A stretch of 64,000 nt of DNA from IMG/VR virus record IMGVR_UViG_3300005281_000068, positions 16,253 to 80,252 of that record, one strand, 5' to 3'. The notes under the pieces were generated by a model that had not been told where the DNA came from, made no database searches, and saw only the letters and a list, made by a program, of their open reading frames with translations. Shown here piece after piece: positions 1 to 10,075 of this stretch (its first letter is position 1; the number at the start of each line of letters is the position of its first letter). The position numbers were made by a program, and so were the translations under genes. The DNA comes from a virus.

Positions 1-1
1 C

Positions 2-1198
2 GAACAAAATATAGATGATGATACAAATTACAATTGGCCTATAGAAAATGATATTATTATTGACCCAGGAGATGGAGATGATAACAAAATAGGAGTAAGA
101 AACATTATCGCTTGGGGACTAAATAATTATGGACAACTTGGTGATGGAACTACTGTGAATAAAACTGTTGAGTTTAATAACAACGGGAATATATATGTTG
201 AAGCTCAAACTACAAATTCAATTTTAACAGATGCTATTAAAGTTAGAGCAGGAAGAGACCACACTATTGGTATAAAAAATGATAAAACAGTATGGACTTG
301 GGGTAGAAATAATATTGGACAATTAGGTTTAAGTTATAGAGATGAATCAGTTCATTCTTTTCCTACTAAAATTAATGATTTAAGTGGAATTAAAGATGTT
401 TCTGCAGGATGGTTCCATAGTGTAGCATTAGATTCAAATGGTATGGTTTGGACTTGGGGAGGAAATTACAAAGGTCAACTTGGAAATGGAACAAACTCTT
501 CAAGAAGTAGACCAGCTCAAGTTAAAGTAAATCAAACAGAATTTCTTGATCGAATAGTTTCTATAGATGCTGGTGCTGAACACACAATAGCATTAGATGA
601 AGATGGAAATGTATGGGAATGGGGAGAAGATATTTTTTATCCTAGATTAGTAAATGGACTATCAAATATTGTTAAGATAGCTGCGGGTTCTTGGCATTCC
701 ATAGCATTGAAAAATGATGGAACTGTGTGGTCTTGGGGGTATAATTGGAGTGGACAATTAGGGATAGGTTTTGAAGAACATCCAGATAAAATTAATGAAA
801 AAGGAGAATTTATAACAGCTGTTCAAGTTTTAGGACTAACAGATATTATAGATATTGATTGTGGAAGTGAACACTCTTTAGCATTAAGAAATGACGGAAC
901 TTTATGGTCTTGGGGAAATAATGATAAGGGACAACTTGGAATAGGAACAATAAAAATTAACAAATATTATCCCGTTCAAGTTCAAAATATATCTGATGTT
1001 GATTTTTTTGCAACTGGAGAATATTTTAATTTTGCATCAACTAATAATGGAACGGTTTTTGCATGGGGAGATAATTTAAACGGGCAATTATTACTTAATG
1101 ACAAAGAAATAAGAAAATCTCCTGTAGTTATACCATTATTAAAAGATATAAGATATTTAAGTTGTGGTCTTAATCATAGTTTGGCTATAAAAAAATAA
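2..1198 (+). CDS. RCC1/BLIP-II repeat beta-propeller protein, 5'-partial (frame open from window start)
   Basis: Repeated H(S/T)xAxxxDGxVWxWGxNxxGQLG motifs; frame has no stop from nt 2 and includes another AWGLNNYGQLGDG repeat upstream of nt 155. Confidence 0.9.
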   Translation, partial: EQNIDDDTNYNWPIENDIIIDPGDGDDNKIGVRNIIAWGLNNYGQLGDGTTVNKTVEFNNNGNIYVEAQTTNSILTDAIKVRAGRDHTIGIKNDKTVWTWGRNNIGQLGLSYRDESVHSFPTKINDLSGIKDVSAGWFHSVALDSNGMVWTWGGNYKGQLGNGTNSSRSRPAQVKVNQTEFLDRIVSIDAGAEHTIALDEDGNVWEWGEDIFYPRLVNGLSNIVKIAAGSWHSIALKNDGTVWSWGYNWSGQLGIGFEEHPDKINEKGEFITAVQVLGLTDIIDIDCGSEHSLALRNDGTLWSWGNNDKGQLGIGTIKINKYYPVQVQNISDVDFFATGEYFNFASTNNGTVFAWGDNLNGQLLLNDKEIRKSPVVIPLLKDIRYLSCGLNHSLAIKK

Positions 1199-1213
1199 GA
1201 AAGGATTGTATAT

Positions 1214-1474
1214 ATGCAACACAATTTAGATTCAGTAATTGAATGTTTAATTAATCAAATTGAATTAATTTCAAGAAAAATCGTATTAGAAGAGAACAGA
1301 AGTAAAAATAATAATAGTGATAAATTAATAGAATATAGTACATTATTATTACAAACAACAAGATCATTAAATGAATTATTGGTAGTAGTAAAAAATTTAG
1401 AAAATAAAAATATATATGAACAACATTATAACTTTCTTATGAAAAACGGAGGAAATTTTAGTGAATCAAAATGA
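1214..1474 (+). CDS. hypothetical protein
   Basis: 86-aa ORF with AAAGGA RBS. Confidence 0.6.
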   Translation: MQHNLDSVIECLINQIELISRKIVLEENRSKNNNSDKLIEYSTLLLQTTRSLNELLVVVKNLENKNIYEQHYNFLMKNGGNFSESK

Positions 1475-1826
1475 CCAATTAAAAAAATTAATAGAATTGA
1501 CTAAATCCAAAGTTGTATCAATAAAAAATGTGGATTCAGGTACATTAATAGAATTTGAAAATGGAGAAGTTTTACCTTTAGTTGGTGGAAGTTTCACTTT
1601 AGAAAATGTTGAATTTCCAAAATGTTCTTTTTGTGGTAGAGAACAAACGGAAAATTTTCCGTTAATTGGTCCTCCTGATAGAGATTTCCCATTAATTTGT
1701 TCTAAATGTACTTCAATAGCTATGGAAACTTTCATTAAACATAATATTGAAGTAGAAATAGATATTTCGCATCTTTATGATTCTCTTAAAAATACAATAT
1801 TTAATACTGAAAAAGATAAGAATTAA
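1461..1826 (+). CDS. ClpX-type C4 zinc-finger protein
   Basis: CSFCGR...LIGP...ICSKC resembles the ClpX N-terminal zinc-binding domain. Confidence 0.7.
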   Translation: MNQNDQLKKLIELTKSKVVSIKNVDSGTLIEFENGEVLPLVGGSFTLENVEFPKCSFCGREQTENFPLIGPPDRDFPLICSKCTSIAMETFIKHNIEVEIDISHLYDSLKNTIFNTEKDKN

Positions 1827-1841
1827 CGTTCTTATCTTTTT
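1811..1841 (+). terminator. Rho-independent terminator
   Basis: AAAAGATAAGAA/TTCTTATCTTTT inverted repeat plus T-tract. Confidence 0.7.
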
Positions 1842-2014
1842 GTTTAAAAAATTATTATTTTACAATTTAATGAAATTCTTATTTGATTTTTTTAATCTTT
1901 TTGTATTTATTTATTTTGTTAAAATATGATTGAACAGATTTAATCTATGTCGCAATATATTAATCTAAATATTAAATTAATCTTTTTTAATGCATATAAT
2001 AATCATTTAAGGAG

Positions 2015-2554
2015 ATGATACATATGGATTTTAAACAGAGATTAAAACTTGGACAAAAATATGAACAAAAAATAGTAGATATAATGAATAATAATGATAT
2101 TCCAGCAATACTTAATAATTCTGAAAATGTGAAAGATATTGATATTTATTTATATGAGGATGAAATCTATTTAGATAGTAAGTTATTTTCATCATACAAT
2201 TCGAATTCATTTGATATTTGTGGAATAAAACCTTTAAATTGTATGTTAATAAATACAAATCATATTTATACTTATGATAAATTAGAAAAAGAAACTAAAA
2301 AGGAAGTATGGATTGCATTTTATAGAGATATATCACAATTTAAAATAAATGAAGTAACATTTGTTCCTAATTCTTATTTAGTTTATTTAGTTGAACAAGT
2401 AAAGAAAGGTAAAATAAATAAAAATTTACTTTTTAGTATTAAAAACGTTGAAAAATTAAGAGTAGATAACTCATATTGTAGATCATTAAACGATTTTATT
2501 ATGTATATTAATGAATTAAGAAAAATTAAACAAATTGAAAATTCAAGAGTGTAG
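2015..2554 (+). CDS. putative PD-(D/E)XK nuclease-fold protein
   Basis: GxKYE helix then DIDIYL...YLDSKL spacing. Confidence 0.45.
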   Translation: MIHMDFKQRLKLGQKYEQKIVDIMNNNDIPAILNNSENVKDIDIYLYEDEIYLDSKLFSSYNSNSFDICGIKPLNCMLINTNHIYTYDKLEKETKKEVWIAFYRDISQFKINEVTFVPNSYLVYLVEQVKKGKINKNLLFSIKNVEKLRVDNSYCRSLNDFIMYINELRKIKQIENSRV

Positions 2555-2832
2555 GTTACTACACTCTTCTTTATTTTATTTTATATTTATTATATATAAT
2601 CTTTTATATTTTATAGATGTAGTCTTTGAATAAAAGATTTTTTGAAAAATAAATATGTATTTATAATAAAGATAATAAAGATAGAGATACAAGTAAATTT
2701 TACTTCCCGATTTTACAAGACTTAAAATTTACTTCGTGTGTAGTTTTTGAATAAATAAAATATTAAGAAATTTTAATATGTTAATAAAATTTATACTTTT
2801 TTATATAATTATCCCATATGATGGAGGTGATT

Positions 2833-3222
2833 ATGCTGACCAGCTTGAATCAGCGCAACGAAATAAGAAATCCAATTATTATATTTATATTTTTTACAAT
2901 TATAGTAATTGGACTAAGTATTCGCCAGGCAAGTCAAGTTGCTCAACTAAACGAATTAAACTCCCAATTAATTCAAGAGCAGCAAAAACTTGAAGAAAGT
3001 AATGATATAATTACTAAACTTCAAGTTACGATCAAGCATCATTCTGAGACAATTGATTCCTTGATCGATGCAAATGAAGAATTGAAACAAAAAAATTCTG
3101 AGTTATTAGAACAAAATAAAATTTTGTCTAATGATAACAAAACACTAGTTAGTGATAAAAACAAATTAGAGGAAGAAAATAAAGAATTAACAAAAAAATA
3201 CAAGGAATTCGTGCAGCCTTAA
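2833..3222 (+). CDS. membrane-anchored coiled-coil protein; N-terminal part of a frameshifted 3D-domain cell-wall enzyme
   Basis: Hydrophobic IIIFIFFTIIVIGL, then heptad coiled coil; GGAGGTG RBS before ATG 2833. Confidence 0.75.
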   Translation: MLTSLNQRNEIRNPIIIFIFFTIIVIGLSIRQASQVAQLNELNSQLIQEQQKLEESNDIITKLQVTIKHHSETIDSLIDANEELKQKNSELLEQNKILSNDNKTLVSDKNKLEEENKELTKKYKEFVQP

Positions 3223-3590
3223 AGGAGCGAACTCAAGTTGTCTCATTCTCTAATAACACTGACGCAGGAGAAATTTATGGTGAATATGTAGGTGTATTTA
3301 GTGTTTCTTTCTACACAGCTGATTGTAAGGGTTGTAGTGGAAAAACAGCAAGTGGGACTATTCCACAACCTGGCGTAACTGTTGCCGTAGATACAAATTA
3401 TTGGGATTTAGGAACCAAGTTTTATGTTGAGGGTTTTGGGGTAGTTATTGCAGAAGATACTGGAGGAGCTATTAAAGGTAAGCACAGATTTGATTTAAAT
3501 GTTTCGTCAAAAAAAGAAGCTAAAAAATTAGGTAAAAAGAAATTAAAAGTTTGGTTAATAAAAGATGATGGTGAATTAATACCAGTATAG
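3183..3590 (+). CDS. 3D (MltA-type) peptidoglycan hydrolase domain in -1 frame, no own start codon (absent from ORF track)
   Basis: My translation: FYTADCKGCSGKTASG...VAVD...GTKFYVEGFG...AEDTGGAIKGKHRFDL, the three-Asp 3D signature; stop TAG 3588-3590. Confidence 0.85.
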   Translation, partial: RINKKIQGIRAALKERTQVVSFSNNTDAGEIYGEYVGVFSVSFYTADCKGCSGKTASGTIPQPGVTVAVDTNYWDLGTKFYVEGFGVVIAEDTGGAIKGKHRFDLNVSSKKEAKKLGKKKLKVWLIKDDGELIPV

Positions 3591-3602
3591 AGGAGTTTAG
3601 AA

Positions 3603-4280
3603 ATGAATGATATAACCTCAAAAATATTAAATATCTTAGAGGAAGAAAATGTAACTCCTGAAAAAATGGAAGAAGAACTTATTAAAGTTATTGAAAACAT
3701 TAAATATAGACTTTGGGAAAAAATAAGTGTTTCTCCTGCTATACTATATTCTCTTAAAGATATAGTGTGGTTTAATTTAGAACATTTACCTTTGGGTGGC
3801 GAATCAAAAGGTAATAGTAGTTTGAAATATTTGGGAGCAAAATTTCCTATATTAGCTTATAAAGTTGATATTGGTTACATTAACAAAGAAAATATTATTC
3901 CTTTGTTAAGTGAATTAGAAGAAATTTCAAACGAGTGGTCTAATGATTGGACTAATGTTCAGTTATTTACTCAATCTAATGAAGGTTGGAATGGTGGAGT
4001 AAATGATCCTTCTCCAGTGATTATTTATGATTCAAATACTGAAAAACCTTCAAAATATGGATATAAACATTATCCATCAAGTTCTGTGATAATTAATGAC
4101 GATATTGTATTTTCTGAACAACAAGAAATAGTGTTATGTGCAATATCATCAAAACTTGGTCTTTATGGACAAGAACCTTTAATGAGATTATTTTTACAAA
4201 ATTTAATTAATGTTTGTAAAAAAGCTATTAAAAATAACAAAGGTATTCAAATTGAATTTTCAAATTATAATTACAATTAA
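3603..4280 (+). CDS. hypothetical protein
   Basis: 225-aa ORF with GAGGAG RBS. Confidence 0.7.
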   Translation: MNDITSKILNILEEENVTPEKMEEELIKVIENIKYRLWEKISVSPAILYSLKDIVWFNLEHLPLGGESKGNSSLKYLGAKFPILAYKVDIGYINKENIIPLLSELEEISNEWSNDWTNVQLFTQSNEGWNGGVNDPSPVIIYDSNTEKPSKYGYKHYPSSSVIINDDIVFSEQQEIVLCAISSKLGLYGQEPLMRLFLQNLINVCKKAIKNNKGIQIEFSNYNYN

Positions 4281-4282
4281 TT

Positions 4283-4317
4283 AATAACAAGAGGTTTAAA
4301 CCTCTTGTTATTTTTTT
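4283..4317 (+). terminator. Rho-independent terminator
   Basis: AATAACAAGAGG/CCTCTTGTTATT inverted repeat plus T-tract. Confidence 0.75.
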
Positions 4318-4370
4318 ATTAAATATTTATTATAATACACTTAAAATAAATTAAATATTGAGGCGATGAC

Positions 4371-5237
4371 ATGAAAAATTTTCTTATTATAGACGGTAAT
4401 TCTATAGCTTGTAGAGCAGCTTTCGCAAAACCAACTCTTACTAATTCTAAAGGGAGAGAAACTGGCGGTCCATATAGATTTGTAACTATGCTTGATAATG
4501 CTATGAAAATGATTAGAGCAACTCATGTTGTTGTTGCGTGGGATGTTGGTAGGGATAATTTTAGAACTCAAATAGATGATACCTATAAAGCAAATAGAGA
4601 AACTAAATCTTCTGAATTATATTATCAATTTGAAGATATTAAAAAAATATTAACAAATTTAGGAATTAAACATATTGGTATTCAAGGATATGAAGCAGAT
4701 GATATAATTGGAACCTTTGTTTCTCAAAATGAAGCAGATAATGTTTATATTTTTACTGGAGATAAAGATTCATTTCAACTTATAGATTCAAAAACATCTG
4801 TTCTTTACCCTTTAACTGGAACTTCAGATATTAGAATTTATGATATTGAAAAATTTGAAGAAGAATATGATATTAAAATTAATCAATTTGTTGAACTTAA
4901 AGCTCTAATGGGAGATGGATCTGATAACATTAAGGGTGTTAATAAGTGTGGACAAAAAACAGCTGTTAAATGGTTAAAAAAATATGGTACTTTAGATAAT
5001 TTAATTCTTAATGCTCATGAAATTACTGGAAAAATAGGTGAATCGTTAAGAGAATGGATTCCAGAAGCAGATAAAACTTTACAATTGGTAACTATTTGTA
5101 GAACTGTTCCATTGAATTTATCTTGGGAAGAATGTGAATTAAAATTAAATTGGGATAATTGTTTGGAAATATTTGAAGAATTGGAATTCAAATCTCTTAT
5201 TAGAAGAATTCAAAATAAAGATTTTTATACTAAATAG
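4371..5237 (+). CDS. 5'-3' exonuclease / flap endonuclease (Pol I N-terminal-like)
   Basis: IIDGNS, YKANR, YEADDIIG, TGDKD, ALMGDGSDNIKGV..G.KTA motifs. Confidence 0.95.
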   Translation: MKNFLIIDGNSIACRAAFAKPTLTNSKGRETGGPYRFVTMLDNAMKMIRATHVVVAWDVGRDNFRTQIDDTYKANRETKSSELYYQFEDIKKILTNLGIKHIGIQGYEADDIIGTFVSQNEADNVYIFTGDKDSFQLIDSKTSVLYPLTGTSDIRIYDIEKFEEEYDIKINQFVELKALMGDGSDNIKGVNKCGQKTAVKWLKKYGTLDNLILNAHEITGKIGESLREWIPEADKTLQLVTICRTVPLNLSWEECELKLNWDNCLEIFEELEFKSLIRRIQNKDFYTK

Positions 5238-5248
5238 GAGGTTATAAA

Positions 5249-5935
5249 ATGCCTAGAAATTACAAACCTAGATCAAACAAATCTATTACTGAAAATAAAT
5301 TAAATAATCACAATAATTATGAAAATATTAAAAAAGAAGAAATATTTGCTGAAGAAAATATATTTGATAATAAACAAATAAATGAACAAGTAGAAACATT
5401 TTTAAATAAAAATGAAACTTTTGAATATAATAATAAAAATGAAGAAAAAGATACTGAAATAGAAGAAAAAATTGTTTCATCATCCAGTAATCAAAAAGGC
5501 GATAATGAAAATTTATATAATGATGAAGAAAGAGAAATAGAGGCTCTATCTAAATTAATTAATCAAGATATAATGAAAGAATTAGAATTAAATAAATCTG
5601 TTAATGTTGAACAAAATAATATTAAAAAATCAGATAATGTTCCTCATTATGTTTTTGATAGAGATGAACAAAACGGTAAACTTAAAATAATAAATAATAA
5701 ATGGGAGGATAAAAATATGGATAAAAAAGAACAATTAACTATGATGCTTCGCAAAGTTAATGATGAAATTAACAAAATGGAATTAGAAATAATGATTTTG
5801 AAAAAAATTAAAAGTTTTATTTTTGATAATAATGAATTATCAAACATCGAACATAATATAAATAATTATGCTAATTTAATTGAAAAAGCTAAAAATAGAA
5901 AAAAAGCTATTGAAGAATTATTGGGAGAAATATAA
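5249..5935 (+). CDS. hypothetical acidic/coiled-coil protein
   Basis: 228-aa ORF with GGGAGG RBS; possible internal start at MDKKEQ (GGGAGG upstream). Confidence 0.6.
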   Translation: MPRNYKPRSNKSITENKLNNHNNYENIKKEEIFAEENIFDNKQINEQVETFLNKNETFEYNNKNEEKDTEIEEKIVSSSSNQKGDNENLYNDEEREIEALSKLINQDIMKELELNKSVNVEQNNIKKSDNVPHYVFDRDEQNGKLKIINNKWEDKNMDKKEQLTMMLRKVNDEINKMELEIMILKKIKSFIFDNNELSNIEHNINNYANLIEKAKNRKKAIEELLGEI

Positions 5936-5985
5936 AATAGATATGGAATATTTTTATGTTATGTATATAAAACAAAAAAATAAAG

Positions 5986-6681
5986 GTGATTGAATTGGCT
6001 GAAGGAGAAATTCATAAACATTTAAAATATTTAGCTTTAAGATTTTTAAAAGAAAAATGTACAGATTTGGTTTGTCCAGAAGTCGATTTTGTAAATGCAT
6101 ATTCTATTTGCGACGCTGTTGGATTGAATTTTAAAAGAAAAGAAGTAAGAGTTGTTGAAGTTAAAGCAACAAAAGCTGATTTTATTAGAGATAAAAAATT
6201 ATTCGATCCAAAAACTTCTTATTTTTATCATGCTCATTATTCTTATATTATGTGTCCTAAAGATGTTATTCAACCTAATGAAGTGCCATATGGATATGGT
6301 TTAATATGGGTTGATGAATATGATGTAATTGATGTTGTAAAGAAACCTATTAAAAATACTGCTAGATTAAAAACACTATTTGATACAACTATGAAACGAG
6401 CTGCTAAACAATTAACAAATACTTATCTTTACTATGAAGAAAATAAATCTAATAAAGATGAGACAAATGGTAAATTTTCAAGAAATTCTAATATAAAATA
6501 TATTTCTGTTAGATGTCCTGGATGTAAAAAATCTATGAAAGAATTAATTCATTTAGATAAAACAAAGTCTGTTTTGTGTAAATGTAAAACAGAAATAGAT
6601 TTAACTAAATCAAAAGTTAAAATAATAACGGGATATAATAAAAAATTTATAGAAAAGATAAATAAATTGTATAAGGAATGA
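5986..6681 (+). CDS. MmcB-like PD-(D/E)XK nuclease with C-terminal zinc ribbon
   Basis: CDAVG...VVEVKATKADFIRD...GYGLI; CPGC...CKC. Confidence 0.65.
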   Translation: MIELAEGEIHKHLKYLALRFLKEKCTDLVCPEVDFVNAYSICDAVGLNFKRKEVRVVEVKATKADFIRDKKLFDPKTSYFYHAHYSYIMCPKDVIQPNEVPYGYGLIWVDEYDVIDVVKKPIKNTARLKTLFDTTMKRAAKQLTNTYLYYEENKSNKDETNGKFSRNSNIKYISVRCPGCKKSMKELIHLDKTKSVLCKCKTEIDLTKSKVKIITGYNKKFIEKINKLYKE

Positions 6682-6687
6682 TATATT

Positions 6688-7407
6688 GTGGCTATTGATT
6701 TGAAAATTTATAATTTGTTTAGAAACAATAAAAAAAATAAAAAGGGAAAACTTATATGTTTGGAAGGAATTGATGGTTCTGGAAAAAGAACTCAAACATT
6801 AAAATTAGAAAAATATCTAAAAGATAAAGGATATAATGTTAAAGTTATCAGTTTTCCAATTTACAATGAACCTATTGGACAATTAATATCAGATTATTTA
6901 ACTGGAGAGTTTGGTGATATAAATGATGTTCCTTATAAATTAATCTCTTTAGCTTATTCAGCTGACAGAGCTGCTCACACCAAATATATAGAAAGTCTTA
7001 TCAATAAAGGATATATTATTTTATCTGATAGATATACTTACTCTAATATTTTTAACGCAGCTAAATTAGATGATATTGAAAAAAGAAAAGAATACATCGA
7101 ATGGAATGAAAAAATTGAATTTGAAGAGTTAGGCGTTTATAAACCAGATCACAATTTCTTTCTTTATGTTGATCCTAAAATTTCTATTGAAAGAATTAAA
7201 GAAAGAGGAAAACGGGAATATCAAAAAGGAAAAGAAGATATTCACGAGAAAAATTCAAATTTATTAATTGAAGCAACCAAAGAATATTTAAAATTATCCG
7301 AGAGAGATGATTGGACTCTGATAAATCAAATGAAAAATGGAAAACAAGTTTCAGAAGATGATATTTTTGAAATGATAAAAAAAGAAATTGATATTATTTT
7401 AAAATAA
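6688..7407 (+). CDS. tmk: thymidylate kinase
   Basis: LEGIDGSGKRTQ P-loop, SFP, ADR, SDRYTYS motifs. Confidence 0.92.
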   Translation: MAIDLKIYNLFRNNKKNKKGKLICLEGIDGSGKRTQTLKLEKYLKDKGYNVKVISFPIYNEPIGQLISDYLTGEFGDINDVPYKLISLAYSADRAAHTKYIESLINKGYIILSDRYTYSNIFNAAKLDDIEKRKEYIEWNEKIEFEELGVYKPDHNFFLYVDPKISIERIKERGKREYQKGKEDIHEKNSNLLIEATKEYLKLSERDDWTLINQMKNGKQVSEDDIFEMIKKEIDIILK

Positions 7408-7589
7408 AAGAGACAATAATAGTCTCTTTTATTTTTTTTTGTTACGTTATATATAATATCAATCGTAAATTAACTTTTAAAGTTTTATATTACGAAGTTG
7501 ATTTTTACATTTTATAAAATATATTTTTTCTATTATATCATTATATTGAAAAAATATATTATAAAATAATTAAAACTATTAAAGTAGAG

Positions 7590-8210
7590 GTGAATTTTGT
7601 GTCATTTGATTTAAGTTCAATTAAAAATGAAAAAGAAATTTATACAAATCAACTAGGAGATATAATTAAAACTTCAAATCAAATTAATGGAACACCTTTA
7701 GATGATTATATATTTAATAAATTATTAACAAAGGTTGATCCTATAGAGTATTGTCAAAGAGTATTAAGGGCTCACTTACCACCAAAAAAACAAAAATTGC
7801 ATGAAAATCAAATAGAATTAATTAGAGCGGTTTGCAATCCTAAAATTAGATCTGTTGCAGCTTTGATGGCTCGTCAGGCTGGTAAAACAGAATCAATAGC
7901 GTCATTTACTGGATATTTGTTGGATAATTATCCTGGAATGAGAGTTGGTATATTTACACCACGTATTCAACAGGCTGAAATTAACTTGGGAAGAACAGCA
8001 GTGTTTTTCCAAATGAATGAAGATAAATTGAATAATAAAATTGTTAAATGTAATAAACAAAGAATAGAATTAAGCAATGGTTCTTTTGCAATGGCTGTTT
8101 CAGGTTCTGACCAATCTAATATCGAAGGTTTGACTTTTGATGTAATTGTATTAGATGAGGCACAAAAAATTTCAAATTACACAGTATCAGAACGTATAGT
8201 TCCAATGGGT
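7590..8210 (+). CDS. terL: terminase large subunit, exon 1 (ATPase)
   Basis: Walker A MARQAGKTES, Walker B VIVLDEAQ; ends at the intron 5' splice site (...ATG GGT). Confidence 0.9.
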
Positions 8211-8953
8211 TAATAATTAGCCCCTATAACTAGAGATAGTTATAGAAAACCCTCTTAATTGCTGGAAACCCCTTAGAACTCTATCAACCACAACATAACT
8301 GGAAACGGTAAGTGTGATGGTTTGAAAATGATAGAGATTGGGCAATCAGCAGCCAAGTTCCTAAGGGATATGATATATCCTATGGAGAAGGTTCAACGAC
8401 TATCCCATAAGGGAGTAGGGCGTAAGCGATTGACGTCCGAAAAAGAGGGCATCCTAACAGGTAAAGCTGAGGATGAAGATATAGTCTTTGCTTCATGGAA
8501 ACATGAAGACATAAATAACTAGTTTTCCTTCATACAAAGTTGTTAAAACTTATCTCCTTTATTATTTTTATTTTAATAATAAAGGAGGTGTTCAAAATCA
8601 ATAAACAAACTGATAAAATATTTAAAGCGTTTAGAGTTAGAATTTATCCTAATAAAACACAAGAACAATATTTTAAAAGATGTTTTGGTATAAGAAGATT
8701 GGTATGAATGCGATAAGTGTGGATTTCAGTTAGATAGAGATCTAAATGCAGCAATAAATATATCTAGATTTTAAAAGATGATTCATTAGTAAATCATCAA
8801 ATCCTTGGTATGAAGGCACTACTAGCTATATTTAGTAGTGAAGGTTATCTCACAAATTAGATAAATATTCAAATTAAGTTTTGAATTTTATCTAATTTAG
8901 AAAAACTAGTTATTTATGGTTGTAGTTTAGCGAACTACAATTAACACATACAG
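8211..8953 (+). ncRNA. group I self-splicing intron (IA-type) in terL
   Basis: P AATTGCTGGAAA 8257, Q AATCAGCAG 8344, R GTTCAACGACTAT 8391, S AAGATATAGTCT 8476; P3 CCCTCT/AGAGGG; exon GGGT pairs with GCCC via U-G; terminal G8953 restores frame (PMG|GATNAKLVKIGTP). Confidence 0.92.
8588..8774 (+). pseudogene. tnpB: internally deleted tnpB remnant within the intron
   Basis: KAFRVRIYPNKTQEQYFKRCFG (TnpB N-terminus) abutting, out of frame, WYECDKCGFQLDRDLNAAINI (Zn finger/RuvC-III). Confidence 0.85.
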
Positions 8954-10012
8954 GGTGCGACGAACGCTAAATTAGTAAAAATAGGTACTCCTAAGTTTAG
9001 AAACCATTTCTGGGAATCTTTTCAACCTGGAGTAGCTTATGACCCAGTTCATAATCCAAAAGGATTTGTTCAAATTAGAAGAGATTGGACCGAATGTCCT
9101 CAATTATGGGCTTTGGATGCTACTTATTTACCAGATTATAAAGATCCAACAAAAATTAGACCTTATTCTTCTTATGTTATTAAATTAATGCCAAAAGCGC
9201 TTAAACAAGAATATTTTCCAAATAACCCTGAAGTTTGGACTGAAGGAGAAATGTCTGTTGAAGACTTTAAAACTCAGTACATGTTAGAATTTGTTGATGG
9301 TGCAGATCAATTTTTATCTTCTGATGAATTTAATAATTTAACTAGCGGAGATTTTAAATGGATAACAAAAGGAGAACATAATGAAAAATATGTTGCTGGT
9401 ATAGACTTTGCAGGTTCTTCTTCTGACGGAGGAGACTTTACTCATATTTCTGTGTTAAGAGTTTTACCTGATGGTAGAAGACAAAAAGTGTTTGGTATGG
9501 ATATGAGAGGTAAAGATTATAATGCACAAAGATTAGAAATTGTAGCTTTATTTGGTGGTCCAAGACCTAGATTTAAAGTTGATTCTATCTTTTGTGATTA
9601 TACTGGTTGTGGTAGACCTATAGTTGATATTTTAAAAAATCAAGATGGATTGAGACAGTTGGAAGGAATTATCTTTAACGCAGCAGATACTTATACTAGA
9701 TCTGGTATGAATATGAAAAATATAATGTTCGCAAAAATTAGAAATGAAATTTCTGCAGGTAGATTTCAATATCCAAGTAAAGATGAGATTAACAAAATGG
9801 GAGACCCAGATTTTATAGGATTTTATCATAAAATGGTTGGAGAATGGAAAGATTTAGAACAAGAAGTTAGAATGGGAGTTAATAAACGTATAGAAGCTCC
9901 AAATGGAGGACATGATGATGTTTGTTGTGCAGACGCTCTAGCTAATTTTGCCGCTGAATTTGGTAATAAAAATAGACTTCCTAAACCTACAACTGGAAGA
10001 ATGTATAGATAA
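8954..10012 (+). CDS. terL: terminase large subunit, exon 2 (coupling motif and nuclease domain)
   Basis: Frame open from 8954: KIGTP, FKTQYMLEF, AGIDFAG, DYTGCG, HDDVCCADALA. Confidence 0.9.
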   Translation, partial: GATNAKLVKIGTPKFRNHFWESFQPGVAYDPVHNPKGFVQIRRDWTECPQLWALDATYLPDYKDPTKIRPYSSYVIKLMPKALKQEYFPNNPEVWTEGEMSVEDFKTQYMLEFVDGADQFLSSDEFNNLTSGDFKWITKGEHNEKYVAGIDFAGSSSDGGDFTHISVLRVLPDGRRQKVFGMDMRGKDYNAQRLEIVALFGGPRPRFKVDSIFCDYTGCGRPIVDILKNQDGLRQLEGIIFNAADTYTRSGMNMKNIMFAKIRNEISAGRFQYPSKDEINKMGDPDFIGFYHKMVGEWKDLEQEVRMGVNKRIEAPNGGHDDVCCADALANFAAEFGNKNRLPKPTTGRMYR

Positions 10013-10075
10013 TATGTTTACAAAACCATCTCATTAATATATAATAAATATATATAAATAGAGATGAGGGGTAAA

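Noticed and set aside
2691..2734. 12-bp inverted repeat upstream of the 3D-domain gene as a riboswitch
   Set aside because: AT-rich stem with no recognisable c-di-AMP or other riboswitch consensus
8322..8522. 66-aa ORF within the terminase gap
   Set aside because: Overlaps the intron catalytic core (Q, R, S elements); incidental frame
9113..10012. Separate gene starting at TTG 9113
   Set aside because: Frame is open from 8954 and continues TerL after splicing
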